Under the pieces are notes generated by a model. It saw only the letters and a program-made list of their open reading frames with translations. It was not told the origin of the DNA and did not search any database. 64,000 nt of DNA from Cyanobacteria bacterium P01_F01_bin.150. Its GTDB lineage: Bacteria; Cyanobacteriota; Cyanobacteriia; CAKZMO01. Each line of letters opens with the position of its first letter. The first letter of the stretch is position 1. The stretch lies in the NCBI GenBank assembly GCA_039189765.1, contig JBCCYL010000002.1, forward strand, positions 32,001-96,000. Reading direction: 5' to 3'. The position numbers and the translations under genes were made by a program. This document shows positions 29,152-40,686 of this stretch, one piece after another.

Positions 29152-29577
29152 CTATGAACCAATCGGCAGGAGGGCCAACAATGACCACAACCGATCAGGA
29201 TTTGTTAGATAAAGATATCCCAACAGCGCTTCAAAGCTAGTTGATTGCTGATAGATTTTGGCCGACATCTTTCGTGATGGGCGCGAGGATGCGTTGCGGC
29301 CCCGACGCACAACATCCAACTCATCATCCGTCAGGTGAGATAAAAGACAATGTTCCAAGTAGTGAGCCTGACGCTCAGCTCTAACAGCATTTACAACTTG
29401 GCTATGATAATCATGAATGCGCCTAGCTGGAAAAAGGTAATGGCCTCGAACATACAACTCGTAGACTGAGTCACCAAGATACGCTAGCGCCACAGGAGAT
29501 AATTGGTAGACCTCCTGTGGCGTCAGTGTTCGGTGCCTTAAAGAGATAGGTAGGAAGTTTGACAAGAGTTTAAGCAA
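29152..29577 (-). CDS. mrnC: Mini-ribonuclease III
   Basis: LAYLGDSVYELYVR, RRGRNA, YQQSTSFEALLGYLYL. Confidence 0.9.
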   Translation of the reverse strand: MLKLLSNFLPISLRHRTLTPQEVYQLSPVALAYLGDSVYELYVRGHYLFPARRIHDYHSQVVNAVRAERQAHYLEHCLLSHLTDDELDVVRRGRNASSRPSRKMSAKIYQQSTSFEALLGYLYLTNPDRLWSLLALLPIGS

Positions 29578-29621
29578 TCAAAAAAGAACTCAGATACCAG
29601 CATCTCAAAAAAATGGAGCAA

Positions 29622-29996
29622 CTAACTGATATCTGACTTAAGATTCTCCAATGCTGCCTCCACGGACTCTTGCAGATTAAAAAACTTCTCAAGCCGAACA
29701 ATTTTAACAGTTTGAGTTACGCGAGGATTTGCAACCACCTGAATCTTTCCATTCTTCTCCTGCACCTTCTTAGCGATTTGCACCAAGGCACCCAATCCAG
29801 AACTATCAAGAAAGTCTATCTGCGCAAGGCTCAAAATAAGGTTAGCAGGACCATCATCAACCCATTTTCCAATTACTTTTCGGAAAGTAGGTTCAGAAAA
29901 GGCATCTAATAATCCAGCAAGGACAAATATTTGGCAATTTTCCCTGACTTCGTGTGTGCCCCGTAAACTGACGGTCAGGGTGATCGGTTCAGGAAT
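29622..29996 (-). CDS. STAS-domain anti-sigma factor antagonist (124 aa, probable ATT start)
   Basis: FLDSSGLGALV motif; the frame stays open 54 codons upstream of the TTG at 29834, up to an ATT 5 nt after AGGAGG. Confidence 0.85.
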   Translation of the reverse strand: MPEPITLTVSLRGTHEVRENCQIFVLAGLLDAFSEPTFRKVIGKWVDDGPANLILSLAQIDFLDSSGLGALVQIAKKVQEKNGKIQVVANPRVTQTVKIVRLEKFFNLQESVEAALENLKSDIS

Positions 29997-30102
29997 AGCT
30001 CCCTCCTTTTGGCATCGTTTACCTAACTAGGACGACTCAGTATAAGCGAAGTTTTATAAGGACGCAACAGTTTTTCATCTTTTGTTGTTGTCCTCACGGT
30101 TA

Positions 30103-32004
30103 TTATTGTGTTTCCAACATCTGCAATTTATATAAACTTGCATACAAGCCATTTTGCTCAAGCAGTTCGTCATGGGTGCCAGTTTCAACTAATTCTCCCT
30201 GCTTCAAAACTAGAATGCGATCCACATTACGAATAGTGGATAAGCGATGGGCGATCACGATGGCAGTCCGATCAACCAAGAGACGATCGAGAGCATCCTG
30301 AATCATCGCTTCTGTTCCCACATCCAGATTGGCTGTTGCTTCATCCAAAACTAGCAAAGAGGGATTTCGCACAGCAGCTCTGGCAAAGGCCAAAAGTTGT
30401 TTCTGGCCACCTGATAAATTCGTTCCTCTTTGTCTTAGGAGAGTATTATATCCATTGGGTAGCTGTTCAATAAATTGAGCAACATTTGTGTCAATAGCGG
30501 CCTGTTTGATTTCTTCGAGAGAATAGGCTTCACCGAGAGAAATATTTCGCTTTACATCACCAGCAAATAAGAATCCGTCTTGCAGGATAATCGCCATACG
30601 TTGACGTAATTCTGCTTGGGGCATGTCCCGAATATCAGTGCCATCTAGCAAAACTTTGCCTCGATTGATATCGTATAGCCGACTAAGCAAACGAATAATC
30701 GAACTTTTGCCTGCCCCTGTTGGTCCCACCAGTGCCACCTTTTCCCCAGGTTCGATGGTGAAACTTAAGTCTTTTAGCACAAAATCATCTTCCTTATACC
30801 CAAACCAGACACGATCGAATTGAATCCGGCCATTTCCAACTGGCTGATCAGAAAGGTTAGCGTTGATATGGGAAGACGGTAAACCTACAGAACTGGAACG
30901 AGCAGTTATGTCTGGATCTTTAACGTCAATAGGTTCTTCTAGCAAATTATTGACTCGTTCAAGAGAGGTCAGGCCCGCTTGAATTGCCGTAAATTTTTCT
31001 GCAAACTGCCGTAATGGATTAAACAGGCGTTGGGCAAACAGGACAAACGTTGTTAATTGGCCTAGCTCAATTCCATTGTTCTGAACAAACCACCCTCCTT
31101 GCCACAACACACCAGCGATTGCTATCAGGGCAATCCACTCTAAAGTTGCAGAAACAGCTGAATCAAAAAAGATAGTGCGATCAACTTCCTGTATGTAGCG
31201 TTTGTTGATAGTCCGATAAAATTCGCTGTTGAATCGTTCTCTACGAAACAATTGCACAATACCTACTCCAACAATATTTTCCTGAAGATTGGAGTTGAGG
31301 GCAGACAGCTCTTCTCGTGCTGCATAATTTGCCTGACGGTACTGTTGCTGAAAAAAGATAATTAAAGCGGTAACGGGCAGCAAGATCAAGACTAATAAAG
31401 ATGCCAATCGCCAATCGCGTAAAAACATTGTCAGAGTGATCACCAGCATACTGAATAAATCACCCACAACGCCAATAGCTCCAGTGGAAAAAACATCACC
31501 TAAAGCCTCTACATCACTAGTTAATCGAGTAATTAATCGACCAACAGGAGTTTTATCAAAAAAGCGCGACGATAGCGAAGTGACATGCCTAAATAAATCA
31601 TTGCGGATGTCTTGTGTAATTTGCTGTCCAACTTTTTGGACCTGGTAGCCTTGGATTCCTTTCAAAGCTAATTGCACCGCAATAGTAGTGGCCAGCAGTA
31701 GGATAACGGATTGAAGACCATATTCTATTGAGCGATCGCGTAAAAACCATAGAACCTCACTTTCTTCCTCTCTTAGAATCGAGACAACTTGCCCCACTAA
31801 AATTGGCTGAGTAGCATCTGCAATAGCAAGTGGGATGAGCAATGACATTGCCCAAATTAATAATGCCCTATGCTTTAATGCGTAAGGAACTAGTAAATAA
31901 GCTAGTCGCCAGTCCGCCTGGCGCTCCCATGTTTTTGAGATTATTTTGAGGTTTGATAAAATTGCCACGTTGACCAGACTTTCATGGATTGTTAACGCTC
32001 CCAT
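30103..32004 (-). CDS. ABC exporter, fused permease/ATPase (MdlB-like)
   Basis: TM domain; GPTGAGKS, LSGGQKQ, LVLDEAT, IAHRLST. Confidence 0.93.
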   Translation of the reverse strand: MGALTIHESLVNVAILSNLKIISKTWERQADWRLAYLLVPYALKHRALLIWAMSLLIPLAIADATQPILVGQVVSILREEESEVLWFLRDRSIEYGLQSVILLLATTIAVQLALKGIQGYQVQKVGQQITQDIRNDLFRHVTSLSSRFFDKTPVGRLITRLTSDVEALGDVFSTGAIGVVGDLFSMLVITLTMFLRDWRLASLLVLILLPVTALIIFFQQQYRQANYAAREELSALNSNLQENIVGVGIVQLFRRERFNSEFYRTINKRYIQEVDRTIFFDSAVSATLEWIALIAIAGVLWQGGWFVQNNGIELGQLTTFVLFAQRLFNPLRQFAEKFTAIQAGLTSLERVNNLLEEPIDVKDPDITARSSSVGLPSSHINANLSDQPVGNGRIQFDRVWFGYKEDDFVLKDLSFTIEPGEKVALVGPTGAGKSSIIRLLSRLYDINRGKVLLDGTDIRDMPQAELRQRMAIILQDGFLFAGDVKRNISLGEAYSLEEIKQAAIDTNVAQFIEQLPNGYNTLLRQRGTNLSGGQKQLLAFARAAVRNPSLLVLDEATANLDVGTEAMIQDALDRLLVDRTAIVIAHRLSTIRNVDRILVLKQGELVETGTHDELLEQNGLYASLYKLQMLETQ

Positions 32005-32957
32005 TGGAGACAGAATAAACTATTGAAGTTTTACCCCCAAGTTTATATACTTCCAAACATTGAGTTCTTGGATTAGGAGTAAGTCCCTCTTAGCATTAGC
32101 TTAAGATATAAAACTCACACCAGCATCTCACGCATATCATAATAAAGTTGATTGCTAAGTATTTTCACCTACTTTTCAGTGCTTTAATATACGTCTCATT
32201 GATTTTGATAGCAGCAATGTCAACTCGGATTGTGAGTGTTCTAAAGCAAGCAAGTCATCCTCTTCACCTTGAGGAAAATTGGAGGAGTGTCTGCCATAGC
32301 CTTGGGGTATCTTGTATTCAAATACTCTTCTCAAGGCATATTTTGAGTAGCCAACTTTGCTTTCTCATGGTTCAGAATATAATTTACATCGCTAATCCTC
32401 AGCAAGAGCAATAACATCACTCTCTATGGCAATACCGCCTTGGTTTCTCGTGCTTGGAAGACCAAGTATTTTTACTTATAAACTGTATCTTGATGTGTAT
32501 TCTAAACTCACTTTGGTCAGTAGCGTTTTTCCTGAATTATCACCTGGATTTGATTTGACAAAGCTTTTGCAGACATCAATTGTGATTATGTTAAGATCTA
32601 GGAATCGCATGGTCTTTGTAGCGATTGACACTCCTACTAGATCTACACATCTATTTTTTTGAGATGAATAAAATTTAAGCGAAAGTTCAGCGTGCAACTT
32701 TCCTAAGGAGTTGCGTTTGTTGTTCTTAAGAATACAATAAGCTTTATGATCCACATATCATTTTTTTTCAGGCAGAATATAGAATGGGCTGTACTTTACT
32801 AGCAGGCTTCCATTGAAGCGGAGAACTTTTCAGAGATAGTAATTTAGCACTCTCTGATTCCACTCCTTTGACTCTGGCACATCTCTTAATCATATTTATT
32901 ATTCAAGCAATTTCGTCTAAATTCTGTTTTTAGCAGCTATTTAATGACACAAATTCA

Positions 32958-34055
32958 ATGGATCCCTCAATTCTTGTTGTTGGAAATCAAATACTGCACC
33001 GTATCATCGCGAAATTACTATCCAAGGCTCAAGATTTGGTTCTAGGAACTGTTGAAGTTGCAGATGCAGAATCTATCATTCATGCCCAACAGCCTGACAT
33101 TCTGATTGTTCAAGCAGATGATTGTGCTGCTGTGAGCTTATCCCAGCGTATTCAACAGCAAAGCCGCCTGACATGGATTTATCAGATTTTTGTGGGACAT
33201 TCCTTAAACGAGCAAGTACGCGAGATGGAATTAGACATTGCAAAAGCCCTCGAACAAGGGGCAGACAGCTATTTCTCAAGTCTTACATTAATTGAGTTGG
33301 AGGAATCAATGTCAGAGGGACGAATTGACGTGCTTGAGAATCAGCAAAGGCTGCTGAAGGCACATATACGTGCAGGCTTACGTCGCGTTCAAAAAAACCG
33401 AGAGCTAGTTCAGGCCAATGATTTACTCTCTTCAATCGCACTCTCTGATCCACTAACGGAACTTAATAATCGTCGAGCATTTGAATGGGAACTGCCTCGG
33501 CAAATCCAGGCTGCTCGAGCACGTGCAATGCCCGTGAGTTTGCTGATGTTAGACATTGACTTCTTTAAGAGAATTAACGATCAACATGGTCATATTGTCG
33601 GAGATCAAGCATTACAGATGGTTGCCAATCGAATACGAAACAATCTTAGATTTTATGACACCCCATTTCGATATGGAGGAGAGGAATTTTCTATTATTCT
33701 CAATAATACTCCTCTGCAAGATGCAATCCAGATAGGTCAAAGAATTTGTCATCTAATTTCAGAGCAACCCTTTGTTATTGATGCTAAGTTGCAATTGAAC
33801 ATTACATTGAGTATCGGTAGTGCATCACTCATCATGGAAGATGATGATAAGGGACTGAGCTTATTGCATCGGGCCGATCAAAATTTGCTGATAGCCAAGG
33901 AAAGTGGACGAAATCAGTTAGTTAGTGATAAGGCTCACCGCAACATAGTTCACGGACAGGGTGAAGAGAACTCTAATGATCTGGACGATAGTTCTTCTCT
34001 CGATCACAGCCAGCCTCATTCTCTAATGCACCTTAGTCAGAAAGTCATAATCTAA
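32958..34055 (+). CDS. Diguanylate cyclase with a receiver-like N-terminus
   Basis: DPLTELNNRR, DIDFFKRIND, RYGGEEF. Confidence 0.9.
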   Translation: MDPSILVVGNQILHRIIAKLLSKAQDLVLGTVEVADAESIIHAQQPDILIVQADDCAAVSLSQRIQQQSRLTWIYQIFVGHSLNEQVREMELDIAKALEQGADSYFSSLTLIELEESMSEGRIDVLENQQRLLKAHIRAGLRRVQKNRELVQANDLLSSIALSDPLTELNNRRAFEWELPRQIQAARARAMPVSLLMLDIDFFKRINDQHGHIVGDQALQMVANRIRNNLRFYDTPFRYGGEEFSIILNNTPLQDAIQIGQRICHLISEQPFVIDAKLQLNITLSIGSASLIMEDDDKGLSLLHRADQNLLIAKESGRNQLVSDKAHRNIVHGQGEENSNDLDDSSSLDHSQPHSLMHLSQKVII

Positions 34056-34163
34056 GGCTTTTCCCATACACAAGAGCGTGTTTTGAAGGTTTCAATGAAG
34101 TCTATAGATAAGATTCTATTCACAATATGTGTTTGCTACGCCATTGGTGACTCTATTGAATGC

Positions 34164-34397
34164 TCAATCATCAGCTTTCAAGGACTGCCATCCTGGTAGC
34201 CATAATGCCCTGTTTTTTAATGACGTTGCATTAACCCAGAAGCGAACAGTATCATCGCAAGCCGCAACCATCTCCGCAAATACCAATGCCTTTTGATTTT
34301 TTCGATTAGCGACTTGAAAATGCCGCCATCCCCACATTTCACTAGAGGATGTCCACTTTGAGTTGATAAGGTGCGGAAATTTTTGCTTCTTGGCCAT
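34164..34397 (-). CDS. TIGR02450-type Trp-rich small protein
   Basis: KFPHLINSKWT...WGWRHFQV...LKNRALWLPGW. Confidence 0.8.
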   Translation of the reverse strand: MAKKQKFPHLINSKWTSSSEMWGWRHFQVANRKNQKALVFAEMVAACDDTVRFWVNATSLKNRALWLPGWQSLKADD

Positions 34398-35331
34398 TAA
34401 ATTACTGCTTGAATGTGTTCATAGAATATCTCATTCTACTTTTGAGAATCTACTGCTGAGCAGGCATGGGCACAATAACTCAAAAAATAGAGATACAATT
34501 TGTTTAAGTAAATATAACTAGTCAGAACTAGGCAGGTCCACATATAGCTTGCGTCATCTTTACAGAGATAGCGTAATTTGAAGACATTTGACTATCCTCA
34601 TAACTCATCCCAGCGGGTATTTCTTTTGCATGAGAAAAACGATGCAACGAGGAAACTTTTAAGCATGGACGCCAAGTTCTTGGAGCGGATGCGAGCCTGA
34701 TGATTCAAATATCATCGAAGGGCTTTTATAGAATTCAGTCATTTGGCTGAATTCTATTCAGCCATTCAGCCGAACTCGTTTCTATGCTATCATCTGCTAC
34801 ATTGTATTTATGTAGATACGCGGAAAAGCAAAAGAACGGCGATGATGCTAGCGCTTCATCTGCTTTATGTTTGGGTCTATCATAGGCTATACATAGTTTT
34901 AAGTTAGTCTGACGCACATAGAGGAAGTGCAGATTACTGAAACATTCATAATTTATAACTTATTCCATAACCCTTAATGATAGGTTTCATGGCTATCTTG
35001 TGATGTTTTGTGATTGATGAAAGTTCAGAAATGAACACATCTTCTGGTTAAAGAGGCTACAATTATAAGCATATTTTCCAAGTTCTATTCCCAAATGCAG
35101 GAGAAAAGTGGTGTGTAGATGCTCATAGATCTGGCAGCTTTATATGACTGAACTCAGGGAAATGTCAGTAGTTTTACGATTGATTTTCACCATTTACTCA
35201 TTTGTGGGATATAACAGGGTAGAACAAGAGAGGAAATTGGTTTTAGAGGAGATAGGTTGATTACAACCTTGTTGAATGTATCTGCGTTAGCATTTTGTTG
35301 TCTTGAACTGTAGGAGCATGAGGAACACGGC

Positions 35332-36462
35332 ATGACCCAGGCTAAAGATGTAATTGGAACGGTCGAAAAACTTACCAGTCAGCCAGACGTATTGGTGATT
35401 CCGAAGGATAAAGATAAAGTTGCAAGTACTGCCAGTACTGAAGCTACGGCTGAGAAGAAGACCAAAGGTCGGACATCTCGTCGCCGAGTTCAGGCAAAGA
35501 AGAAGCATTACACTGAAGATTCGATTCGTTTATATCTTCAGGAGATTGGACGTATCCGTCTTCTAAGAGCGGACGAAGAGATTGAACTTGCACGTAAAAT
35601 TGCTGACCTACTTGAGCTAGAACGCATCCGAGAGAAGATTGCGGATGACTTGGATCTTGATCCAATGGATGTGAAAGATGCTGAATGGGCGGAGAAAGTT
35701 GATATGTCTCTGCCTTCGTTCAGGCGTCGTCTATTTTTGGGGCGTAGGGCAAAGGACAAGATGGTTCAGTCCAATTTGCGTCTTGTAGTCTCTATTGCTA
35801 AGAAGTACATGAATCGTGGCTTGTCTTTTCAAGACTTGATTCAGGAAGGAAGTCTTGGCTTGATTCGTGCTGCGGAAAAGTTTGATCACGAGAAAGGGTA
35901 CAAGTTTTCCACTTATGCAACTTGGTGGATTCGTCAGGCCATTACTCGGGCGATCGCTGACCAGTCTCGCACTATTCGTCTACCGGTTCACTTATACGAA
36001 ACTATTTCTAGGATCAAGAAGACGACTAAGCTTCTCTCTCAGGAAATGGGGCGTAAGCCAACCGAAGAAGAAATTGCAACTCGTATGGAAATGACGATTG
36101 AGAAGTTGCGTTTCATTGCCAAATCTGCTCAACTTCCCATCTCTCTCGAAACTCCTATTGGAAAAGAAGAGGATTCTCGTCTAGGTGACTTTATTGAGTC
36201 TGATGGTGAGACCCCTGAGGACCAAGTTTCCAAGAGCCTGCTGCGAGAAGATTTGGAAAGTGTGCTAGACACACTTAGCCCACGTGAACGTGATGTCCTA
36301 AGGTTGCGTTACGGCTTGGACGATGGGCGGATGAAGACGCTGGAGGAGATTGGTCAGATCTTTAACGTAACTCGTGAGCGCATTCGTCAAATTGAGGCAA
36401 AAGCGTTACGGAAGCTGCGTCATCCTAATCGTAACAGTGTCTTAAAGGAGTACATTCGATAG
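35332..36462 (+). CDS. sigA: Principal RNA polymerase sigma factor RpoD/SigA
   Basis: [54 protein letters not shown]. Confidence 0.96.
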   Translation: MTQAKDVIGTVEKLTSQPDVLVIPKDKDKVASTASTEATAEKKTKGRTSRRRVQAKKKHYTEDSIRLYLQEIGRIRLLRADEEIELARKIADLLELERIREKIADDLDLDPMDVKDAEWAEKVDMSLPSFRRRLFLGRRAKDKMVQSNLRLVVSIAKKYMNRGLSFQDLIQEGSLGLIRAAEKFDHEKGYKFSTYATWWIRQAITRAIADQSRTIRLPVHLYETISRIKKTTKLLSQEMGRKPTEEEIATRMEMTIEKLRFIAKSAQLPISLETPIGKEEDSRLGDFIESDGETPEDQVSKSLLREDLESVLDTLSPRERDVLRLRYGLDDGRMKTLEEIGQIFNVTRERIRQIEAKALRKLRHPNRNSVLKEYIR

Positions 36463-36480
36463 GGCCTGCTTAGCATAGAT

Positions 36481-36516
36481 TAAAAAAACAGCGTTTATAT
36501 AAACGCTGTTTTTTTA
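36481..36516. terminator. Bidirectional intrinsic terminator
   Basis: Perfect 36-bp palindrome taaaaaaacagcgtttat/ataaacgctgttttttta between convergent genes. Confidence 0.85.
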
Positions 36517-36607
36517 GTAGAAACATTAGGAGAGTCTCATTCGCCTATCACGGTTAATGACGCATGCTTAGTAATACCAATCATTGCTTGCAGTTCTGAT
36601 GATGATT

Positions 36608-37285
36608 TTACTGAAGGTTGCGTCGAATAGAAGGCACTAGAGTCTCTATGTTAATGTAGCGGTCAGCAAAATCGATTAGTAAATCGCTAGTCATAGACGG
36701 CAGGCTGACAACTTCCATTTGAACACCTTGGTAGGCGACTTTATCAATCGCATAAGCCAGAGCGCCTGTTCCACTTAACAACACAAATGTGTTGCAATAG
36801 TCTGCTAGCATCAACATGTCTACAGCCATTTCTACATCTAGGTTGGCTTTTTTAGATCCGTCTTGATGTTGAATGAGGTCCTTTGACACGACACGGTATC
36901 CATTGCACCTCATCCAGTGAAGAAAATTTTGCTGCTTTTGATTTTGAGGATTGACGCCTGTGTAGAAATAGGCCCGTAATAGCTGGCGATCGCGCGTCAA
37001 ACATTGCAGTAGTTTAATATAGTCAATCTCAAACTCAAGTTGAAGAGCTGCATGGAGTAAGTTTGCGCCATCAATAAAAATAGCAAGTTTTTGACATTGC
37101 CAATCTACTTTGCCTTGATGAAAAGACAAATGACGTGTTCTATCTCGATGATGACTATTTAAGAGTGGCGTTGTGCTTGATGTTGGAGGAGTAAAAACCT
37201 CAAACGGATACTCCTCTCCAGCAAAACTACCACTGATAGGATGGCCTGAATTGCCATTACGCTCAGGACGTGGGAGTAACTGCAT
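36608..37285 (-). CDS. NYN-domain (LabA/DUF88) protein
   Basis: AIFIDGANL, LLRAYFYTG, KKANLDVEMAVDML. Confidence 0.88.
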   Translation of the reverse strand: MQLLPRPERNGNSGHPISGSFAGEEYPFEVFTPPTSSTTPLLNSHHRDRTRHLSFHQGKVDWQCQKLAIFIDGANLLHAALQLEFEIDYIKLLQCLTRDRQLLRAYFYTGVNPQNQKQQNFLHWMRCNGYRVVSKDLIQHQDGSKKANLDVEMAVDMLMLADYCNTFVLLSGTGALAYAIDKVAYQGVQMEVVSLPSMTSDLLIDFADRYINIETLVPSIRRNLQ

Positions 37286-37818
37286 ATGAAATCTGACTTC
37301 TCATACAAAAGCAACTAATTTTTCAAGTAACCATTAATACTTAGGCAAAGCATTACCGCAGTGATGATAATTGCTAAACACTTAGAACTATCTAACAGAA
37401 GAATCTGAGTAAGAATACCTTCCGGTCTTTCATAATACCTATGGCCATTAATGTTTTCTTTATGTCTTATTATTTATTGATGTTTCTCCGTGGTTTGTCG
37501 AGTTCTGTCTCGAAGACATATTATTTATTAATTTTTTTCTATAATTTGTCGAATTTTGTTTCAATGATATGAGGTCATATCATTATTAAGATGGACGCGT
37601 GTAAACGATTATATTGGGAGGTGTTCACGCATGCTTTATTTAAAGTTGTTGCCAAAAGTTGATGCTTAGCAGGATGGTTTTTGGTAAGCCAAATAAAAAA
37701 ACTTAGGATTATGGGTCCTTTCTTAACCAATGAATACAGCTTTAGAGGGCAACTCAACAATGGCAGCTCAAATGGCAGCTCATTGAAGATAGCGGAGTAA
37801 CCTGTTTAATTAATCACC

Positions 37819-38313
37819 ATGACACCTAAATTTACAAGCTCTGAAGCATGGCAACAGGCTGAAATACTTATGCAGCCAACATTTATACGTGTTATCGACA
37901 ATATTCGTAAATGTTTGGAATCCTCAGAATGGGATGGTATTTACCAAGATGTTCTCGTTTGGCCTGACAATGCAACTCCAGAAGATAAAGTGCGAGTAGT
38001 TCAATTGCAAAAGGAATTGGAAACCGCTTTTCCTGAAGAGCTTGGCTCAGTTAAAGCTGCATTGGAGAAATTGCCTAAACCTTTCCCTGGGTATGAATTA
38101 CGTCTGTCCAGAGGAGAAAATCATATCACCATCGATTTGTGGCAAATATGCTATCAGATTTGCTTTTCGAATTATCACCCTATCCAGGTTAGCTCAGTTC
38201 CTGTAGAAGTGGACACTCGGTTGCTTAAGACCAACGGGGAAGTGGATTGGCACCACCTAGATGAAAAGGCTAAAGGGTGTGTTGGAGCGATATTTGCTCG
38301 ATTGCCAGCCTAA
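37819..38313 (+). CDS. Conserved cyanobacterial hypothetical protein
   Basis: AWQQAEILMQPTFIRVIDNIRK...DLWQICYQICF...GEVDWHHLDEKAK. Confidence 0.7.
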   Translation: MTPKFTSSEAWQQAEILMQPTFIRVIDNIRKCLESSEWDGIYQDVLVWPDNATPEDKVRVVQLQKELETAFPEELGSVKAALEKLPKPFPGYELRLSRGENHITIDLWQICYQICFSNYHPIQVSSVPVEVDTRLLKTNGEVDWHHLDEKAKGCVGAIFARLPA

Positions 38314-38372
38314 GCAGCGCGTAACGCTAGTCGTAGATTACGGAGGTGTCGCCTCCATCCATCTATAAAGAG

Positions 38373-40484
38373 TTATAAATTAACACAAAGACGAGAAGCC
38401 TCAACTTGCTGAATCGCACGGCATAGAGGCATAGATGGATGGGTGAAAACAACAATCTCTAAATCCGCAGAAAAGCAAAGACCTGCTTTTAACCATTTGG
38501 CAAAGGCTATGTTATTAAGATGGTCAGCCCCTCGCCCTGCAATGAAGCGACGTACGATTCCCAGGATATATATTGGTGGATTGACTGACGATTGCTCTGT
38601 AGAAGGAATATTGGGGGGGAGCGATAATTTCTTAACTAAATAAGCGATCTGGACTTCATCACATTGGCGTAAATACTCGGCGATTTGTTGTCGCTCATCT
38701 GAGGGTAACGCATGATATTCATAGTGATCGTTCAGACGTAGCTTTGCAGATTGGTCTGTGGTACCTGCCCACAGGGCTTGGTGCTGCTGGCGTCGCTGGC
38801 GGTAGAATTCTGCTTTGGTAAATTGCTGTAAAGACTGGTGGACTTCATATAGTAATTCAGCACCAGGAATGACAAAAGCAGGATGATTGGCCATTGCTTG
38901 CTCTAGATGAAAGATTCCTGTCCAATTCTCTTGTTCAACCAGGAGTTTTCCAAAGTAAAAATTAGCGTGGGGATGTTGAGGCGATCGCGCCAAGACCTCT
39001 TGAAATAGCGGAATAGCTCGTCGAGCATCTTGCAATAACCAAGTAAGGTAGGCCCTCTGCCACATTTCTTCAACGGTAAGTGGCAGTACTGGCATAAAGG
39101 TAGAAACTTGATCATGGGAAACATCACCAGCAATCACTTTTTGCTCCAGTCGCTCTAGGCATTGATGCTGTTGTTGGCGGATACGATGTCGAAAATTCCA
39201 GTCTTTTTGATTTTCCTCGACCCAAGCTAAATCTAGCTGATCCATCCACTGCTCTAGCTCTGTACCAAGAAAGTAGTTTGCAGCGGTTTGTGTAGGGGTT
39301 GTTGGTAAAGCATCCAAATCGACCTCATAGTCAAGAGCTTGGAGGCGATCGCTCAAGCAGGGATGAGTATCGTCATTATTAGTGGTGTTCATCAGCGCTA
39401 ACTCTATCGTAGAGCGAGCATCTTCTATGGATGGCCCCCGCTTAAGCCGGTTTAAAACGCCAGTAATAGTGTGATTAGGAGGATGGGCTAATCCATCAGT
39501 TTGCTTGTAAACGCTGGGCCAAATCGATGCGTAGAGAAAATGGCTGTAGATACGTAGTTGCAGCAATGCTTCAGCTTTGGGTTTGACCCCGACCCACTTT
39601 GCCGCAGCTCGATCGGCTTCATACTCATTGGCACGAGCTAGTACAAAGGAATATGCTTTGAAAAAGGGACCGTACCATTGGAAAAAACGACCAAATAACC
39701 AGCCGCCTTGGTGAGTTAGCTCAAACTGTTCAGCTAGGTCAAACCACACTCGTCTAACTTGATATATCCAACTAGAAAACCGCCCATCGTTGCCTGCTAA
39801 GTGGCCCAATTCATGAACCATAACTGCCTGAAATTGCTTCGGGGAAAGAACCTGCATCAATGGCAGACCTAGCAATAGATAGTTTTTGGTCCAGCCAATG
39901 ATTCCAAAGCGAGGGCGCTGAGCAACGGCAGCATTTAAGTCATCAGTGAGTAAGACGTTGTGAAATCGAGGAGCGTTAAGGGATTGGCTAAAACGGTCAA
40001 TTTCTCTAAACAGAACTGGGGCTTGCGATCGCTTTATTGCGATACCTTTTGGAGCTGGAATATAGGTCAAAAATAGTCGGATAATTCCTAGACCTATTAT
40101 TACAATAATGGGGTCAATGGATGAGGCAGCCCCCATGCCATTACGCACTAAAAAATACCGCAAACTAAACAGCAATGAACATAATAGGGTGAATATAAAA
40201 ATAATATAGACGTACCCTAAAATGGCTAAAATTCTTAATCTTAATCGATAGTATTTGGGGTGACGAGAGGCCTGATTTTCAATACGTTTAACAAATGCAT
40301 CAAACTGTTCTGGGGACTGGGGATTCAAAAGGAAGGGCAAGGGGGCGGACTTAATAACCGAAACTTGAGGCCAAGAAGAAAGGCGGGTGCGATAATTAGA
40401 GGCAAGAAATTTAAGGAGAAAGTTAATGTATCGTGATACTGAATTCCTCATCAGGGAGACAGACGTTAAGGTTGACCACTTCAA
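38373..40484 (-). CDS. M48 family metallopeptidase with TM segments and TPR
   Basis: HELGH, ARANEYEAD, DTHP motifs; true start probably further downstream. Confidence 0.85.
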   Translation of the reverse strand: MKWSTLTSVSLMRNSVSRYINFLLKFLASNYRTRLSSWPQVSVIKSAPLPFLLNPQSPEQFDAFVKRIENQASRHPKYYRLRLRILAILGYVYIIFIFTLLCSLLFSLRYFLVRNGMGAASSIDPIIVIIGLGIIRLFLTYIPAPKGIAIKRSQAPVLFREIDRFSQSLNAPRFHNVLLTDDLNAAVAQRPRFGIIGWTKNYLLLGLPLMQVLSPKQFQAVMVHELGHLAGNDGRFSSWIYQVRRVWFDLAEQFELTHQGGWLFGRFFQWYGPFFKAYSFVLARANEYEADRAAAKWVGVKPKAEALLQLRIYSHFLYASIWPSVYKQTDGLAHPPNHTITGVLNRLKRGPSIEDARSTIELALMNTTNNDDTHPCLSDRLQALDYEVDLDALPTTPTQTAANYFLGTELEQWMDQLDLAWVEENQKDWNFRHRIRQQQHQCLERLEQKVIAGDVSHDQVSTFMPVLPLTVEEMWQRAYLTWLLQDARRAIPLFQEVLARSPQHPHANFYFGKLLVEQENWTGIFHLEQAMANHPAFVIPGAELLYEVHQSLQQFTKAEFYRQRRQQHQALWAGTTDQSAKLRLNDHYEYHALPSDERQQIAEYLRQCDEVQIAYLVKKLSLPPNIPSTEQSSVNPPIYILGIVRRFIAGRGADHLNNIAFAKWLKAGLCFSADLEIVVFTHPSMPLCRAIQQVEASRLCVNL

Positions 40485-40686
40485 ACATCCTCTGTTATAG
40501 CAATCCTGACAGATTTCGGATCATGTATTTTCCTCTTGACGGGGATCAACTCAAAACATGAAGAAATGCATACACAAAACAGTATGCACGAAACGGTATG
40601 ATGTACAAGCCCAATTTTGATGCGTTGTGTGTTTAAAATTCAGGTATTGGGTCAGTCGTCAAGGAAGATGGGAGAACAGAGCACAT

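Noticed and set aside
32148..32754. Three short ORFs in an AT-rich intergenic region
   Set aside because: Overlapping, with no recognisable motifs; probably spurious
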